A DNA stretch of 64,000 nucleotides, from positions 8,635 to 72,634 of the forward strand of contig DATCZS010000112.1 in NCBI GenBank assembly GCA_036525795.1. Direction: 5' to 3'. Within the stretch, counting starts at the first letter, position 1. Every line of letters starts with the position of its first letter. The DNA is from Acidimicrobiia bacterium (GTDB taxonomy: Bacteria; Actinomycetota; Acidimicrobiia; Spongiisociales; ZC4RG35). Both the position numbers and the translations under genes were made by a program. The notes under the pieces are model-generated. The model ran no database searches. It had not been told where the DNA came from and worked only from the letters and a program-made list of their open reading frames with translations. This document shows positions 41,437 to 50,509 of this stretch, piece after piece.

Positions 41437-42375
41437 ATGCGTCTGCGGCGGTTGGTGGACGAGGCCTTGGTCGAGTACGCCATCGAACCGGTTCGGGTTC
41501 GGTTGCTCACCAACGACTTCAACGGCATCTTCCGGGTCGACACCGCCGATGGTGACAGGGTGGTGGTGCGGGTGGTGCTCCCCTCCGGAGGCCACCAACC
41601 CCATCAGGTCGCAGCCCAGGCGATGTTCGCCGAGGCGGTGGCCGGTGGCACCGATCTCCTGGTGCCAGTCCCGATTCGCAACAGGCGGGGCGACCTGGTC
41701 ACGGTCGCCTCCGCCCCCGGTGTACCGGAGCCCCGCATGTGCCTGGTGACCTCGTGGGTGCCAGGGGTGGACCTGGCGGAGCGGATGTCGACAGGAAACT
41801 GGGAGAGGCTCGGTCGGCTGATGGCCAGACTCCACACGTTCGCAGAGTCGTGGTCGCCGCCGGATGGGTTCGAGACCATCACCTACGACCGGGTGGTCCA
41901 TTTCGGTGAGCCGGTGGTGTTGTTCGAACCCCAGGCCGAGGCGGTGCTCTCCACCGAGCAGCAACGGGTCCTCGAACGGGCGATCGACAGGATCGACGCT
42001 CGGATCGCCTCGCTCTCCGGTCCGCGGATCGTCACCCACGGCGACCTGCACCAGTGGAACGTGAAGGTGGATCGCACCAGGCTTCACCCGATCGACTTCG
42101 AGGACCTGCAGTGGGCCCATCCACTCCAGGACGTGGCGACCACGTTCTATTACCTCCGCAGGCGAGACGATCGCTCGGAGTTGGCCGGGGCGTTTCGGCG
42201 GGGATACGCCGAGACTCGCCCGTGGGTCGAGGAGGAGGCGGGCGAGGTGGCGGCCCATGTGGTTGCCAGGGGAATCGACCTGGTCAACTTCGTGATCTGG
42301 TGTCCCGAGGAGGATGCGGGCGAGTACCGCGAACTGATCGACGGTGTGGTGGAGGCGGCGAGGGGACTGGGGTGA
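41437..42375 (+). CDS. phosphotransferase enzyme family (APH-like) kinase
   Basis: Brenner-like motif HGDLHQWNV, downstream DFEDL; 312 aa. Confidence 0.75.
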   Translation: MRLRRLVDEALVEYAIEPVRVRLLTNDFNGIFRVDTADGDRVVVRVVLPSGGHQPHQVAAQAMFAEAVAGGTDLLVPVPIRNRRGDLVTVASAPGVPEPRMCLVTSWVPGVDLAERMSTGNWERLGRLMARLHTFAESWSPPDGFETITYDRVVHFGEPVVLFEPQAEAVLSTEQQRVLERAIDRIDARIASLSGPRIVTHGDLHQWNVKVDRTRLHPIDFEDLQWAHPLQDVATTFYYLRRRDDRSELAGAFRRGYAETRPWVEEEAGEVAAHVVARGIDLVNFVIWCPEEDAGEYRELIDGVVEAARGLG

Positions 42376-42409
42376 CCGGACCGAGGGCCAGGGTCACGGC
42401 TTGAGTCGC

Positions 42410-42427
42410 TATGCGCATATGCGTATA
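42410..42427. promoter_or_regulatory. putative ArgR operator (ARG box) TATGCGCATATGCGTATA upstream of / overlapping the argR start
   Basis: identical 18-mer to the site upstream of argC. Confidence 0.55.
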
Positions 42428-42895
42428 ATGCCGTCTTCGCCCATGTCGACCACCGCCGCCCGCCGCCGCATCATTCGCAGCCTGATCCTCGAGCGCTCGA
42501 TCGGGAGTCAGGCAGAACTGGTCGAGATCCTGGGCGAGAAGGGGCACGAAGTGACCCAGGCCACCGTGTCGAGAGATCTCCACGTGATCGGTGCCGTCAA
42601 GCACGACGGCGATCACTACGTGCTCGGCGGTCGATCCGACCCGGACGAGGCGATCGCCTACCTGGCCCGCACGGTCGACGAGTTCGTCGAGTCGATCCAG
42701 GCGAGCGGCAATCTCGTCGTGCTGCGCACCCCACCCGGGGCCGCCCAGGTGGTGGCGGCCGCCATCGACGGCGCCCGCCTTCCGGAGGTGGTCGGCACGG
42801 TCGCCGGCGACGACACCATCCTGGTGATCGCATCCGAGCGCGCCTCCGGGCGGGCACTCGCATCCAGACTCGAAGACACAGGAGCCAATCCATGA
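42428..42895 (+). CDS. argR: arginine repressor ArgR
   Basis: winged helix ([25 protein letters not shown]) plus C-terminal oligomerisation/arginine-binding domain (GDDTILVI); alternative starts at 42419 or 42443. Confidence 0.85.
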   Translation: MPSSPMSTTAARRRIIRSLILERSIGSQAELVEILGEKGHEVTQATVSRDLHVIGAVKHDGDHYVLGGRSDPDEAIAYLARTVDEFVESIQASGNLVVLRTPPGAAQVVAAAIDGARLPEVVGTVAGDDTILVIASERASGRALASRLEDTGANP

Positions 42896-44097
42896 AGGTG
42901 GTACTCGCCTACTCCGGCGGCCTCGACACGTCGGTCATCCTCACCTGGCTGAAGGAGGAGTACGACGCGGACGTCATCGCCTACACCGCCGACATCGGTC
43001 AGGGGGAGGAGGTGGCCGAGGCGAAGGCGAAAGCCATCGCCACAGGCGCCTCGCAGGCCATCGTCGAGGACCTCACTCCCGAATTCGTGTCTGAGGCGGT
43101 GTTCCCCGCCATACGGGCGAACGCCGTGTACGAGAACTACTACCTGCTCGGGACGTCGCTCGCCCGCCCCATCATCACCAGGGGAATGATGCGGGTGGCG
43201 AGAGAGCACGGAGCGGACGCCATCGCCCACGGCGCCACCGGCAAGGGGAACGACCAGGTTCGGTTCGAGCTCTCCGCCTACGCCATCGACCCGGACATCC
43301 GGGTGATCGCCCCTTGGCGGGAGTGGAAGCTGCGCGGCCGGGCCGATTGTGTCTCATACGCCCAGGCGCGGGGGATCCCGGTGCCGGTCACCAAGGAGAA
43401 GCCCTATTCGATGGACGCCAACCTGCTCCACATCTCCTACGAGGGCGGGGTGCTGGAGGATCCGTGGGAGGGGCCTCCGCCCGGCATGTTCCGGATGACG
43501 AAGGACCCCGAGGACGCTCCGGACGAGGCGCAGTCGGTGACCGTCACCTTCGAGAGGGGAAACCCGGTCGCCCTCGACGGCCAGGAGCTGTCACCCGTCG
43601 ATCTGCTCACGAGGGCCAACCAGATCGCCGGCGCCCACGGGGTGGGACGGGTGGACATCGTGGAGAACCGCTTCGTGGGGATGAAGAGCCGGGGCGTCTA
43701 CGAGACCCCGGGAGGGACCCTTCTCCATCATGCCCACCGGGCGGTGGAGTCGATCACCCTCGACCGCGAGGTGGCCCATCTCCGCGACGAGCTGGTGCCC
43801 CGCTATGCCGAGATGGTCTACAACGGGTTCTGGTTCGCTCCCGAGCGGGAGGCTCTCCAGAAGTTCATGGACGACATCCAGAGGCGGGTCAACGGCGAGG
43901 CGCGCCTCAAGCTCTACAAGGGCAACTGCACGATCGAGGGACGCCGGTCCGCCAAGCACGCCCTGTACGACCACCGCACCGTCACCTTCGAAGAGGACGA
44001 GGGCGTGTACGACCAGGCAGACGCCGCCGGGTTCATCCGTCTGAACGCCCTGCGTCTGCGCCGCCTGGCCGAAAACAGGTTGGGAGAAGGAGAGTGA
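42892..44097 (+). CDS. argG: argininosuccinate synthase
   Basis: [17 protein letters not shown]; 401 aa. Confidence 0.95.
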   Translation: MKVVLAYSGGLDTSVILTWLKEEYDADVIAYTADIGQGEEVAEAKAKAIATGASQAIVEDLTPEFVSEAVFPAIRANAVYENYYLLGTSLARPIITRGMMRVAREHGADAIAHGATGKGNDQVRFELSAYAIDPDIRVIAPWREWKLRGRADCVSYAQARGIPVPVTKEKPYSMDANLLHISYEGGVLEDPWEGPPPGMFRMTKDPEDAPDEAQSVTVTFERGNPVALDGQELSPVDLLTRANQIAGAHGVGRVDIVENRFVGMKSRGVYETPGGTLLHHAHRAVESITLDREVAHLRDELVPRYAEMVYNGFWFAPEREALQKFMDDIQRRVNGEARLKLYKGNCTIEGRRSAKHALYDHRTVTFEEDEGVYDQADAAGFIRLNALRLRRLAENRLGEGE

Positions 44098-44155
44098 GCG
44101 TGCGGCTCGTGACCCTGGACCCGGGATTCGGGACCGGAACTGGGCCGGAGGCGCC

Positions 44156-45514
44156 GTGACTCTCTGGGGCGGCCGGTTCGACGAAGGGCCCAGCGAGCTT
44201 CTGTGGGACTACACCGTGTCGGTCGCCGACCGTCGGCTGCTGGTGGACGACGTGGAGGGGTCCATCGCCCATGTGGGGATGCTCGCCAAGGTGGGAATCC
44301 TCGCGGCACAGGAATACGAGGACATCATCGCCGGGCTCAGACGGATCCAGGCCGACGCCCTCGACGGGACCTTCGAGTTCCTCGACACGGACGAAGACGT
44401 CCATTCGGCGGTCGAGCGGCGCCTGATCGAGCTGGTGGGCGAGGTGGGCAAGAAGCTGCACACCGGGCGGTCCCGCAACGACCAGATCGCCCTCGACATC
44501 CGCCTCTACCTCCGCAGGGCCGCCCGGGATCGGGTCGAGCAGCTGTCGTCGTTCGGGCTGACGCTGGTGCGGCTCGCCGGCGAGCACGCCACCACCATCG
44601 TTCCCTCCTACACCCACCTGCAGCAGGCGCAGGCCGTCCCGCTCGGCCACCATCTTCTCGCCTACGCCTGGATGGCCCAACGCGACCGGCTGCGGTTCAA
44701 GGACCTCATCGACCGGCTCGGGGTGTCTCCGCTCGGGGCGGGGGCATCGGGGGGTTCGAGCCTGCCGCTCGATCCGGTCGAGTCCGCCACCCGGCTCGGC
44801 TTCGGGGTGGTCTTCGCCAATTCGATGGACGCCGTGGCTTCCCGGGATCTCGTGGCCGAATACGCCTGGTGCTGTGCCCAGGCGATGGTCCATGCCTCCC
44901 GCCTGGCGGAGGAGCTGGTGCTGTGGGCCACCTCCGAGTTCGGCTGGGTCACGTTCGGCGACGACTACACCACCGGCAGCTCGGCGCTGCCCCAGAAGAA
45001 GAACCCGGACATCGCCGAGCTGGCGAGGGGCAAGTCGGCCGGTGCGATCGGCGAGCTGATGGCACTGCTCACGTTGCAGAAGGGTCTGCCGCTCACCTAC
45101 AACCGGGACCTGCAGGAGGACAAGGAACACGTCTTCCGGGCCGACGACACGCTGGCCGGCACGCTGGCCGCGCTCACCGGGATGCTGGAGTCGGCCGAGT
45201 TCCATCCGCCGGAGCCTTCACCATGGGTGACCGCCCTGGACCTGGCCGAGGCGCTGGTGTCCCGGGGCGTCCCGTTCCGGGAGGCCCACGGGGCGGTGGG
45301 CCGCCTGGTCACCGCCCTGCTCGCCGACGGGCGCGATCTCGGTCAGGCCACCGAGGCCGACCTGCTGAACGCCGACGATCGCTTCGAGCGCGAGGATCTC
45401 GTCCGGATCGACGTCCGCGATTCGGTCGACCGCCGGATCACGATGGGCGGCGGCTCGGTCGAGTCCGTCCACCAACAGATCGACGCCCTCCGCGCCCTCC
45501 TCACCTGGGACTGA
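44156..45514 (+). CDS. argH: argininosuccinate lyase
   Basis: GTG start; LWGGRFDEGPSELLWDYT; fumarate-lyase signature GSSALPQKKNPD. Confidence 0.95.
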   Translation: MTLWGGRFDEGPSELLWDYTVSVADRRLLVDDVEGSIAHVGMLAKVGILAAQEYEDIIAGLRRIQADALDGTFEFLDTDEDVHSAVERRLIELVGEVGKKLHTGRSRNDQIALDIRLYLRRAARDRVEQLSSFGLTLVRLAGEHATTIVPSYTHLQQAQAVPLGHHLLAYAWMAQRDRLRFKDLIDRLGVSPLGAGASGGSSLPLDPVESATRLGFGVVFANSMDAVASRDLVAEYAWCCAQAMVHASRLAEELVLWATSEFGWVTFGDDYTTGSSALPQKKNPDIAELARGKSAGAIGELMALLTLQKGLPLTYNRDLQEDKEHVFRADDTLAGTLAALTGMLESAEFHPPEPSPWVTALDLAEALVSRGVPFREAHGAVGRLVTALLADGRDLGQATEADLLNADDRFEREDLVRIDVRDSVDRRITMGGGSVESVHQQIDALRALLTWD

Positions 45515-45551
45515 CACACAGTCCCGACGCAGCTGGGGGTGGGGGTGATGG

Positions 45552-45593
45552 TCCCCCACGTAGGTGGGGGAAGGTCCCTGCGAGCCCGCAGGG
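45552..45593 (+). terminator. two consecutive GC-rich hairpins after argH (TCCCCCAC-GTAG-GTGGGGGA; CCCTGCG-AGCC-CGCAGGG)
   Basis: read directly; 38-80 nt after the argH stop. Confidence 0.4.
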
Positions 45594-45769
45594 CTCGGTG
45601 GTAGGGGGATCGGTCCCACCCACCAGGCGGTACCGTGACCACATCCGTGTGGTGGCTTGGGGCGCGGGCGCGACATCCCGTGCAGCCGGCGTGTGAGCCA
45701 TGGACACACCAGCCATGACCACTGACCGGTTGGCCACGGCGCCGCAGGCGCCGGAGTACCATCGCCGCG

Positions 45770-46615
45770 GTGGACCGCGAAACCCTCATCAGGACCATCA
45801 CCTCCGAGGTGCTCGCCCAGCTCGCCCCGGGCGAATGCGAGAACTGCGGAGGTACCTGCGCCGCCCACAGCCCGGACAAGGTGCGGTCGATGGTGGCGAA
45901 CGGCGCCGGTCGGGTCTCCTATCGCGGCCATGGTCCTGCCGTCCCCTCCGACCTGGCCGGATTCATCGATCACACCCTGCTCAAGCCGGACGCGTCGTCT
46001 GCGGACATCGATCGGCTCTGCTCCGAAGCGGTCGAGCACGACTTCGCCGCCGTCTGTGTCAATCCCGCCTGGGTGAGGCGCGCCGCCGAGAAGGTGAAGG
46101 GATCGAGGGTTCGGGTGGCGTCGGTGGTGGGGTTTCCCTTCGGTGCGACCTACCCCGAGATCAAGGCGATGGAGGCCCGCCGGGTGCTGCGTGACGGCGC
46201 CCGCGAGGTGGACATGGTGATCAACATCGGGGCGCTCAGGTCCGGCGACCACGACCTGGTGCGGGATGACGTCGCCAGGGTGTCCGACGCCTGTCACGAG
46301 GTGGGGGCGCTCAACAAAGTGATCATCGAGACCGCCCTCCTCACCGACGAGGAGAAGGTGGTGGCCTGCCATCTGGCCAAGGAGGGGCGGGCCGACTTCG
46401 TCAAGACCTCTACCGGCTTCGGCGGCGGCGGCGCCACGGTTCGCGACGTGCTCCTGATGCGGGAGACGGTCGGCCCCAAGCTGGGAGTGAAGGCCTCGGG
46501 AGGCGTTCGAGACAAGAGCGCCGCAATGGAGATGATCGCCGCCGGGGCCACCAGAATCGGGGCGTCCGCCTCGGTGGCAATCGTGTCTGGAGGGACCTCG
46601 AATGAACGGTATTGA
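45770..46615 (+). CDS. deoC: deoxyribose-phosphate aldolase with ~60-aa N-terminal extension resembling a BMC encapsulation peptide
   Basis: GTG start; extension [16 protein letters not shown] (amphipathic, PduP/PduD EP-like) plus Cys-containing linker [13 protein letters not shown]; DeoC core IDHTLLKP...Schiff-base Lys in [10 protein letters not shown]. Confidence 0.85.
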   Translation: MDRETLIRTITSEVLAQLAPGECENCGGTCAAHSPDKVRSMVANGAGRVSYRGHGPAVPSDLAGFIDHTLLKPDASSADIDRLCSEAVEHDFAAVCVNPAWVRRAAEKVKGSRVRVASVVGFPFGATYPEIKAMEARRVLRDGAREVDMVINIGALRSGDHDLVRDDVARVSDACHEVGALNKVIIETALLTDEEKVVACHLAKEGRADFVKTSTGFGGGGATVRDVLLMRETVGPKLGVKASGGVRDKSAAMEMIAAGATRIGASASVAIVSGGTSNERY

Positions 46616-47225
46616 CCTCAGGGCGTTCGCCTTTCTCGACAGCCTTCAGCCGCAGTACGCCGCGTTCATCGGCACCACCGCCCAGGGCTTCCTGCCACTG
46701 GCCTACGAGGCGTCCCTGTTCGTCGAGATCTCGCCCGGAATAGAGATCAATCGGCTCACGGACGTCGCGCTCAAGGCGACAACGGTCAAGCCGGGAATGC
46801 AGATCGTCGAGCGGGTCTTCGGCCTGCTCGAGATCCACTCGCCGGACCAGGCGGAGACCCGGGCAGCCGGGGCGGCCATCCTTGCCGAGATCGACCACGT
46901 CGAGAACGACCGGCGCAAGCCCAAGATCCTGTCGAGCCAGATCGTCCGCCGCGTCGACGACCACCAGGCCCAGCTCATCAACCGGATGCGCCACGGGCAG
47001 ATGCTGATTCCCGGTCAGACGCTGTACGTGCTCGAGTGCGAGCCGGCCGCATACGCCGCCCTCGCCGCCAATGAGGCGGAGAAGGCTGCCAACATCAACG
47101 TGCTCGAGGTACGGGCGTTCGGCGCGGTCGGCCGGGTGTACCTCGGTGGCGAAGAGCGCGACATCGACGTCGGCTGGCGAGCGGCGGTCGCGGCACTCGA
47201 AGGTCTGGAAGGACGAGAAGACTGA
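46602..47225 (+). CDS. BMC shell protein, permuted tandem-domain type (EutL/PduB-like BMC-T)
   Basis: 207 aa; two permuted BMC halves ([25 protein letters not shown] resembles EutL [23 protein letters not shown]); RBS GGAGGG; overlaps deoC by 14 nt. Confidence 0.7.
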   Translation: MNGIDLRAFAFLDSLQPQYAAFIGTTAQGFLPLAYEASLFVEISPGIEINRLTDVALKATTVKPGMQIVERVFGLLEIHSPDQAETRAAGAAILAEIDHVENDRRKPKILSSQIVRRVDDHQAQLINRMRHGQMLIPGQTLYVLECEPAAYAALAANEAEKAANINVLEVRAFGAVGRVYLGGEERDIDVGWRAAVAALEGLEGRED

Positions 47226-47250
47226 GACAGGCGAAGGAGAGGAGGCCGTC

Positions 47251-47541
47251 ATGGCCGATGCACTTGGAATGATCGAAGCCAGGAGCTTCGCGGCGATGGT
47301 CGAGGCGGCCGACGCAATGGTCAAGGCGGCCAAGGTCGAGTTGGTGAGCTACGAGAAGACCGGCGGTGGGTACACGACCGCCATCGTGCGCGGCGACGTC
47401 GCCGCCGTGAAGGCGGCGGTCGAGGCCGGGATCCGCGGCGCCGAGCGGGTGGGCGAAGTCGTCGCCAGCCATGTCATCGCCCGTCCCCACGCCAACATCG
47501 ACGAGGTGCTTCCGCTGGGCCGGCAGGGCGAGGGCGAGTAG
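47251..47541 (+). CDS. BMC-H hexameric shell protein (PduA/EutM-like)
   Basis: MADALGMIEARSFAAMVEAADAMVKAAKVELVSYEKTGGGYTTAIVRGDVAAVKAAVEAG...HVIARPH; strong RBS GAAGGAGAGGAGG. Confidence 0.92.
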   Translation: MADALGMIEARSFAAMVEAADAMVKAAKVELVSYEKTGGGYTTAIVRGDVAAVKAAVEAGIRGAERVGEVVASHVIARPHANIDEVLPLGRQGEGE

Positions 47542-47547
47542 TCCGCC

Positions 47548-47835
47548 GTGCTGCTGGGACGGGTCGTCGGGACGGTGGTGGCGAGCCGCAAGGAGGCGCG
47601 GCTGGCTGGGCTCACGTTCCTGCTGCTCCGCCAGGTCGACGTCGAGGGAGCCGAGACGGGCGCATATGTCGTCGCCGCAGACGCCGTCGGGGCGGGGGTC
47701 GACGAGATCGTCATGTACGCCACCGGCAGTTCCGCACGTCAGACCACCCAGACGGACGCCCGTCCCTGCGACGCCGTCGTGATGGCCATCGTGGACACAT
47801 GGGAGGTCGGCGGTGACGTCAAGTACCAGAAGTAG
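47548..47835 (+). CDS. BMC-P pentameric vertex protein (EutN/CcmL family), copy 1
   Basis: GTG start; [27 protein letters not shown]...[24 protein letters not shown]. Confidence 0.85.
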   Translation: MLLGRVVGTVVASRKEARLAGLTFLLLRQVDVEGAETGAYVVAADAVGAGVDEIVMYATGSSARQTTQTDARPCDAVVMAIVDTWEVGGDVKYQK

Positions 47836-47838
47836 CCC

Positions 47839-49296
47839 GTGACGACGATCTCCTCGGACCAGATAGCCCGGATCATCGAGACGGTCGATCGGCGGCTGGG
47901 AGAGGTGGCGTCGAGCCCGCGACCGGCCGAGGCGTCTCGAGTCCGGGGCGAGGAGGGGCTCGAGCCGCTCGGGGACGGGATCCATCGGACCATCTCCGAT
48001 GCGGTGGCCGCAGCCAGGCGCGCCCAGGGCGAGTACTCGAAGCTGGGGCTGGCAGCGCGGCACAGGGTGGTCGAGTCGATCCGGAGCTCGATGCTCTCCC
48101 ACGCCGAGGATCTCGCCCTCCGGGCCCACACCGAAACGGGCCTGGGGAGGTACGAGGACAAGGTCAAGAAGAACCGACTGGTCACGACCAAGGCGCCGGG
48201 ACCCGAAGACCTCGAGCCGCAGGCCCAGACCGGGGACGAGGGGATGGTGCTCATCGAGTGGGCCCCGGTGGGGCTGGTCGGCGCCATCACCCCCACCACC
48301 AACCCGACGTCGACGATCATCAACAACACGATCTCGGTGGTCTCGGCGGGGAACGCCGTCGTCTTCAACGTCCACCCGAACGCCAAGCGGGTCTCTGCCT
48401 ACAACATCAAGCTCTTGAACCAGGCGATCACCGCCGCAGGCGGGCCGGCGGATCTCGTCACCGGCATTCCGATGCCCACCATCGAGTCGGCCAAGGAGCT
48501 GATGCATCACCCGGACATACGGGTGCTGCTGGTGACCGGCGGCCCTGGCGTCGTCAGCGAGGCGTTGAAGACCGACAAGCGGGCGGTGGCGGCCGGTCCG
48601 GGCAACCCGCCGGTGGTCGTGGACGAGACCGCCGACCTGGAACGGGCGGCGGCCCACATCGTGGCGGGGGCCTCGTTCGACAACAACATCATCTGCACAG
48701 ACGAGAAGGAGGTGATCGTTGTCGCCTCGGCGGCCGAGCGCCTCGTCCGGTCGATGGAGCGGGCCGGTGCGTACGTGCTCAAAGAGCATGAGCTCCGCCG
48801 TCTTGAGCGGGTGATCTTCACCGAGCTGGGTCCGCCGGGAAAGCCCGGTCACATCAACCCGGCCTGGATCGGCCAGAACGCATCGAAGATCCTCGCGGAG
48901 ATCGGCGTCACCGTGGGAGATGAGCTGCGGTTGATCGTGGCGGAGGTCCCGATCGAACACAGTCTGGTGTGGACCGAGCAGATGATGCCGGTGCTGCCGG
49001 TCGCCCGGGTGCCGAACGTCGACGCCGCCATCGAGTTGGCGGTCAGAGCAGAGCACGGATTCCGCCACACGGCCGGCATCCACTCCACCAACGTCGACAC
49101 CATCACCCGGATGGCTCAGGCGATGAACTGCTCGATCTTCGTCTCGAACGGTTCGTTCTTCGCCGGTCTGGGTGAGGGCGGGGAGGGCTATTCCTCGTTC
49201 TCCATCGCCAGCCCCACCGGAGACGGCCTCACCCGTCCCCGGACCTTCAGCCGGCCCCGCCGGGTCACCATGGTCGGATCGCTGAGGGTGGTGTGA
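47839..49296 (+). CDS. CoA-acylating aldehyde dehydrogenase (PduP/EutE-like) with N-terminal encapsulation peptide
   Basis: GTG start; EP SDQIARIIETVDRRL; ALDH core incl. catalytic Cys in FDNNIICTDEKE; 485 aa. Confidence 0.9.
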   Translation: MTTISSDQIARIIETVDRRLGEVASSPRPAEASRVRGEEGLEPLGDGIHRTISDAVAAARRAQGEYSKLGLAARHRVVESIRSSMLSHAEDLALRAHTETGLGRYEDKVKKNRLVTTKAPGPEDLEPQAQTGDEGMVLIEWAPVGLVGAITPTTNPTSTIINNTISVVSAGNAVVFNVHPNAKRVSAYNIKLLNQAITAAGGPADLVTGIPMPTIESAKELMHHPDIRVLLVTGGPGVVSEALKTDKRAVAAGPGNPPVVVDETADLERAAAHIVAGASFDNNIICTDEKEVIVVASAAERLVRSMERAGAYVLKEHELRRLERVIFTELGPPGKPGHINPAWIGQNASKILAEIGVTVGDELRLIVAEVPIEHSLVWTEQMMPVLPVARVPNVDAAIELAVRAEHGFRHTAGIHSTNVDTITRMAQAMNCSIFVSNGSFFAGLGEGGEGYSSFSIASPTGDGLTRPRTFSRPRRVTMVGSLRVV

Positions 49297-49874
49297 TGCG
49301 CCCGGCGCTCGCCATCATCGAGTTCGACTCCATCGCGGTAGGGATCGAGGCCGGGGATGCCATGGCCAAGAGGGCGGTGGTCGACCACCTGCGGGCCGGA
49401 ACGGTTCATCCCGGGCGCTACCTGGTGCTGATCGCCGGGCCGGTGGGCGAGGTCGAGGAGGCGTTCGCCGCCGGGCGCATGGTCGGTCAGGGTTCGATCT
49501 CCGATTCGATGCTGCTGGCAGACATCGACCAGCGGGTGGTCGACGGACTGGTGGGGGTGCGGGCGGTCGGAGCCGGCGAGGCCATCGGCGTCGTCGAGAC
49601 CCGTTCCGTCCCGGCGATCATCGAGGCGGCAGACGCCGGCGTGAAGGGCGCAGAGGTGACCCTCAGAGAGGTGCATCTCGCCGACGGACTGGGGGGCAAG
49701 GGCTATCTGCTGTTCAGTGGCCCCGTCTCGGAGGTGGAGGTCGCCGTCGACCTGGCCGTGGAGCGCGCCGGGGAGCGGCTCGTGGCGTCGAGGGTCATCT
49801 CCCAGATCCACGACGAGATGGATGAGAATCTGATCGACGCCCGCCGTTTCGCCGACCGGACGAGACCGTCGTGA
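49293..49874 (+). CDS. BMC-T tandem-domain shell protein (PduT-like)
   Basis: 193 aa; two BMC domains (LAIIEFDSIAVGIEAGDAMAKRAVV... and IGVVETRSVPAIIEAADAGVKGAEVTL...); overlaps the AldDH stop. Confidence 0.75.
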   Translation: MMRPALAIIEFDSIAVGIEAGDAMAKRAVVDHLRAGTVHPGRYLVLIAGPVGEVEEAFAAGRMVGQGSISDSMLLADIDQRVVDGLVGVRAVGAGEAIGVVETRSVPAIIEAADAGVKGAEVTLREVHLADGLGGKGYLLFSGPVSEVEVAVDLAVERAGERLVASRVISQIHDEMDENLIDARRFADRTRPS

Positions 49875-50149
49875 AGCTGGCCCGGGTCATCGGGACGGTT
49901 GTTGCCACCGAGAAGACACCCCATCTGGAAGGCGTGAAGTTCCTCATCATCCAGCCCCTCACCAAGCGGCTCGAACCGTCCGGCGAGCCGGTGGTGGCCG
50001 CGGACGGAGTGGCGATGGCAGGGCCGGGGGACATGGTCTACTTCGTGGGCTCGCGCGAGGCCGCCCAGGCGATGCCCGAGCCCTTCGTTCCGGTGGATCA
50101 CGCGATCGTCGGCATCGTCGATCAGGTGGCGCACGGGGGCGCGACGTGA
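49871..50149 (+). CDS. BMC-P pentameric vertex protein, copy 2
   Basis: GTG start; MKLARVIGTVVATEKTPHLEGVKFLII...VVAADGVAMAGPGDMVYFVGSREA. Confidence 0.8.
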   Translation: MKLARVIGTVVATEKTPHLEGVKFLIIQPLTKRLEPSGEPVVAADGVAMAGPGDMVYFVGSREAAQAMPEPFVPVDHAIVGIVDQVAHGGAT

Positions 50150-50415
50150 AGCTCGCCAGGGTGTCGGGGACCGTCGTCTCCACCATCCACTCGCCGGTGT
50201 TCGCCGGGCGGCGCCTGCTGCTCTGCGACTATCTCGATGCGGGCGGCGAGGTCACAGACGACTACGTGATCGCCGTGGACGTCGTCGACGCAGGACCGGG
50301 CGAGATTGTGCTGATCATGGACGAGGGGAACGGCGCCCGCCAGATCCTGGAACAGGCGGTCGCCCCGGTGCGGGCCATGGTGGTGGGAATCGTCGACGAG
50401 GTCCAGGGCGGCTGA
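50146..50415 (+). CDS. BMC-P pentameric vertex protein, copy 3
   Basis: GTG start; MKLARVSGTVVSTIHSPVFAGRRLLLC...VIAVDVVDAGPGEIVLIMDEGNGAR. Confidence 0.8.
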   Translation: MKLARVSGTVVSTIHSPVFAGRRLLLCDYLDAGGEVTDDYVIAVDVVDAGPGEIVLIMDEGNGARQILEQAVAPVRAMVVGIVDEVQGG

Positions 50416-50509
50416 ACCGGACATCGGCCGGGGGCCGCGCCGGCACGACTCCCTCCGGGCCGGATGCGTCGACGACCTCGTCCGGGATGCGAGATCTGCC
50501 GACCGGGGG

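Noticed and set aside
45515-45769. G-rich, hairpin-rich 255-nt leader before deoC considered as a possible tRNA-like or riboswitch element
   Set aside because: No tRNA cloverleaf (no T-loop GTTCRANYC, no matching acceptor stem) and no recognisable riboswitch core. Kept only as terminator hairpins plus unexplained leader.
45218-46372. 384-aa minus-strand ORF spanning the argH end to deoC
   Set aside because: Antisense of argH and deoC, with His/Gly/Pro-rich junk translation.
47095-49083. 662-aa minus-strand ORF antisense to the BMC-H/BMC-P/AldDH genes
   Set aside because: Shadow ORF. The sense strand carries textbook BMC shell and AldDH sequences with RBSs.
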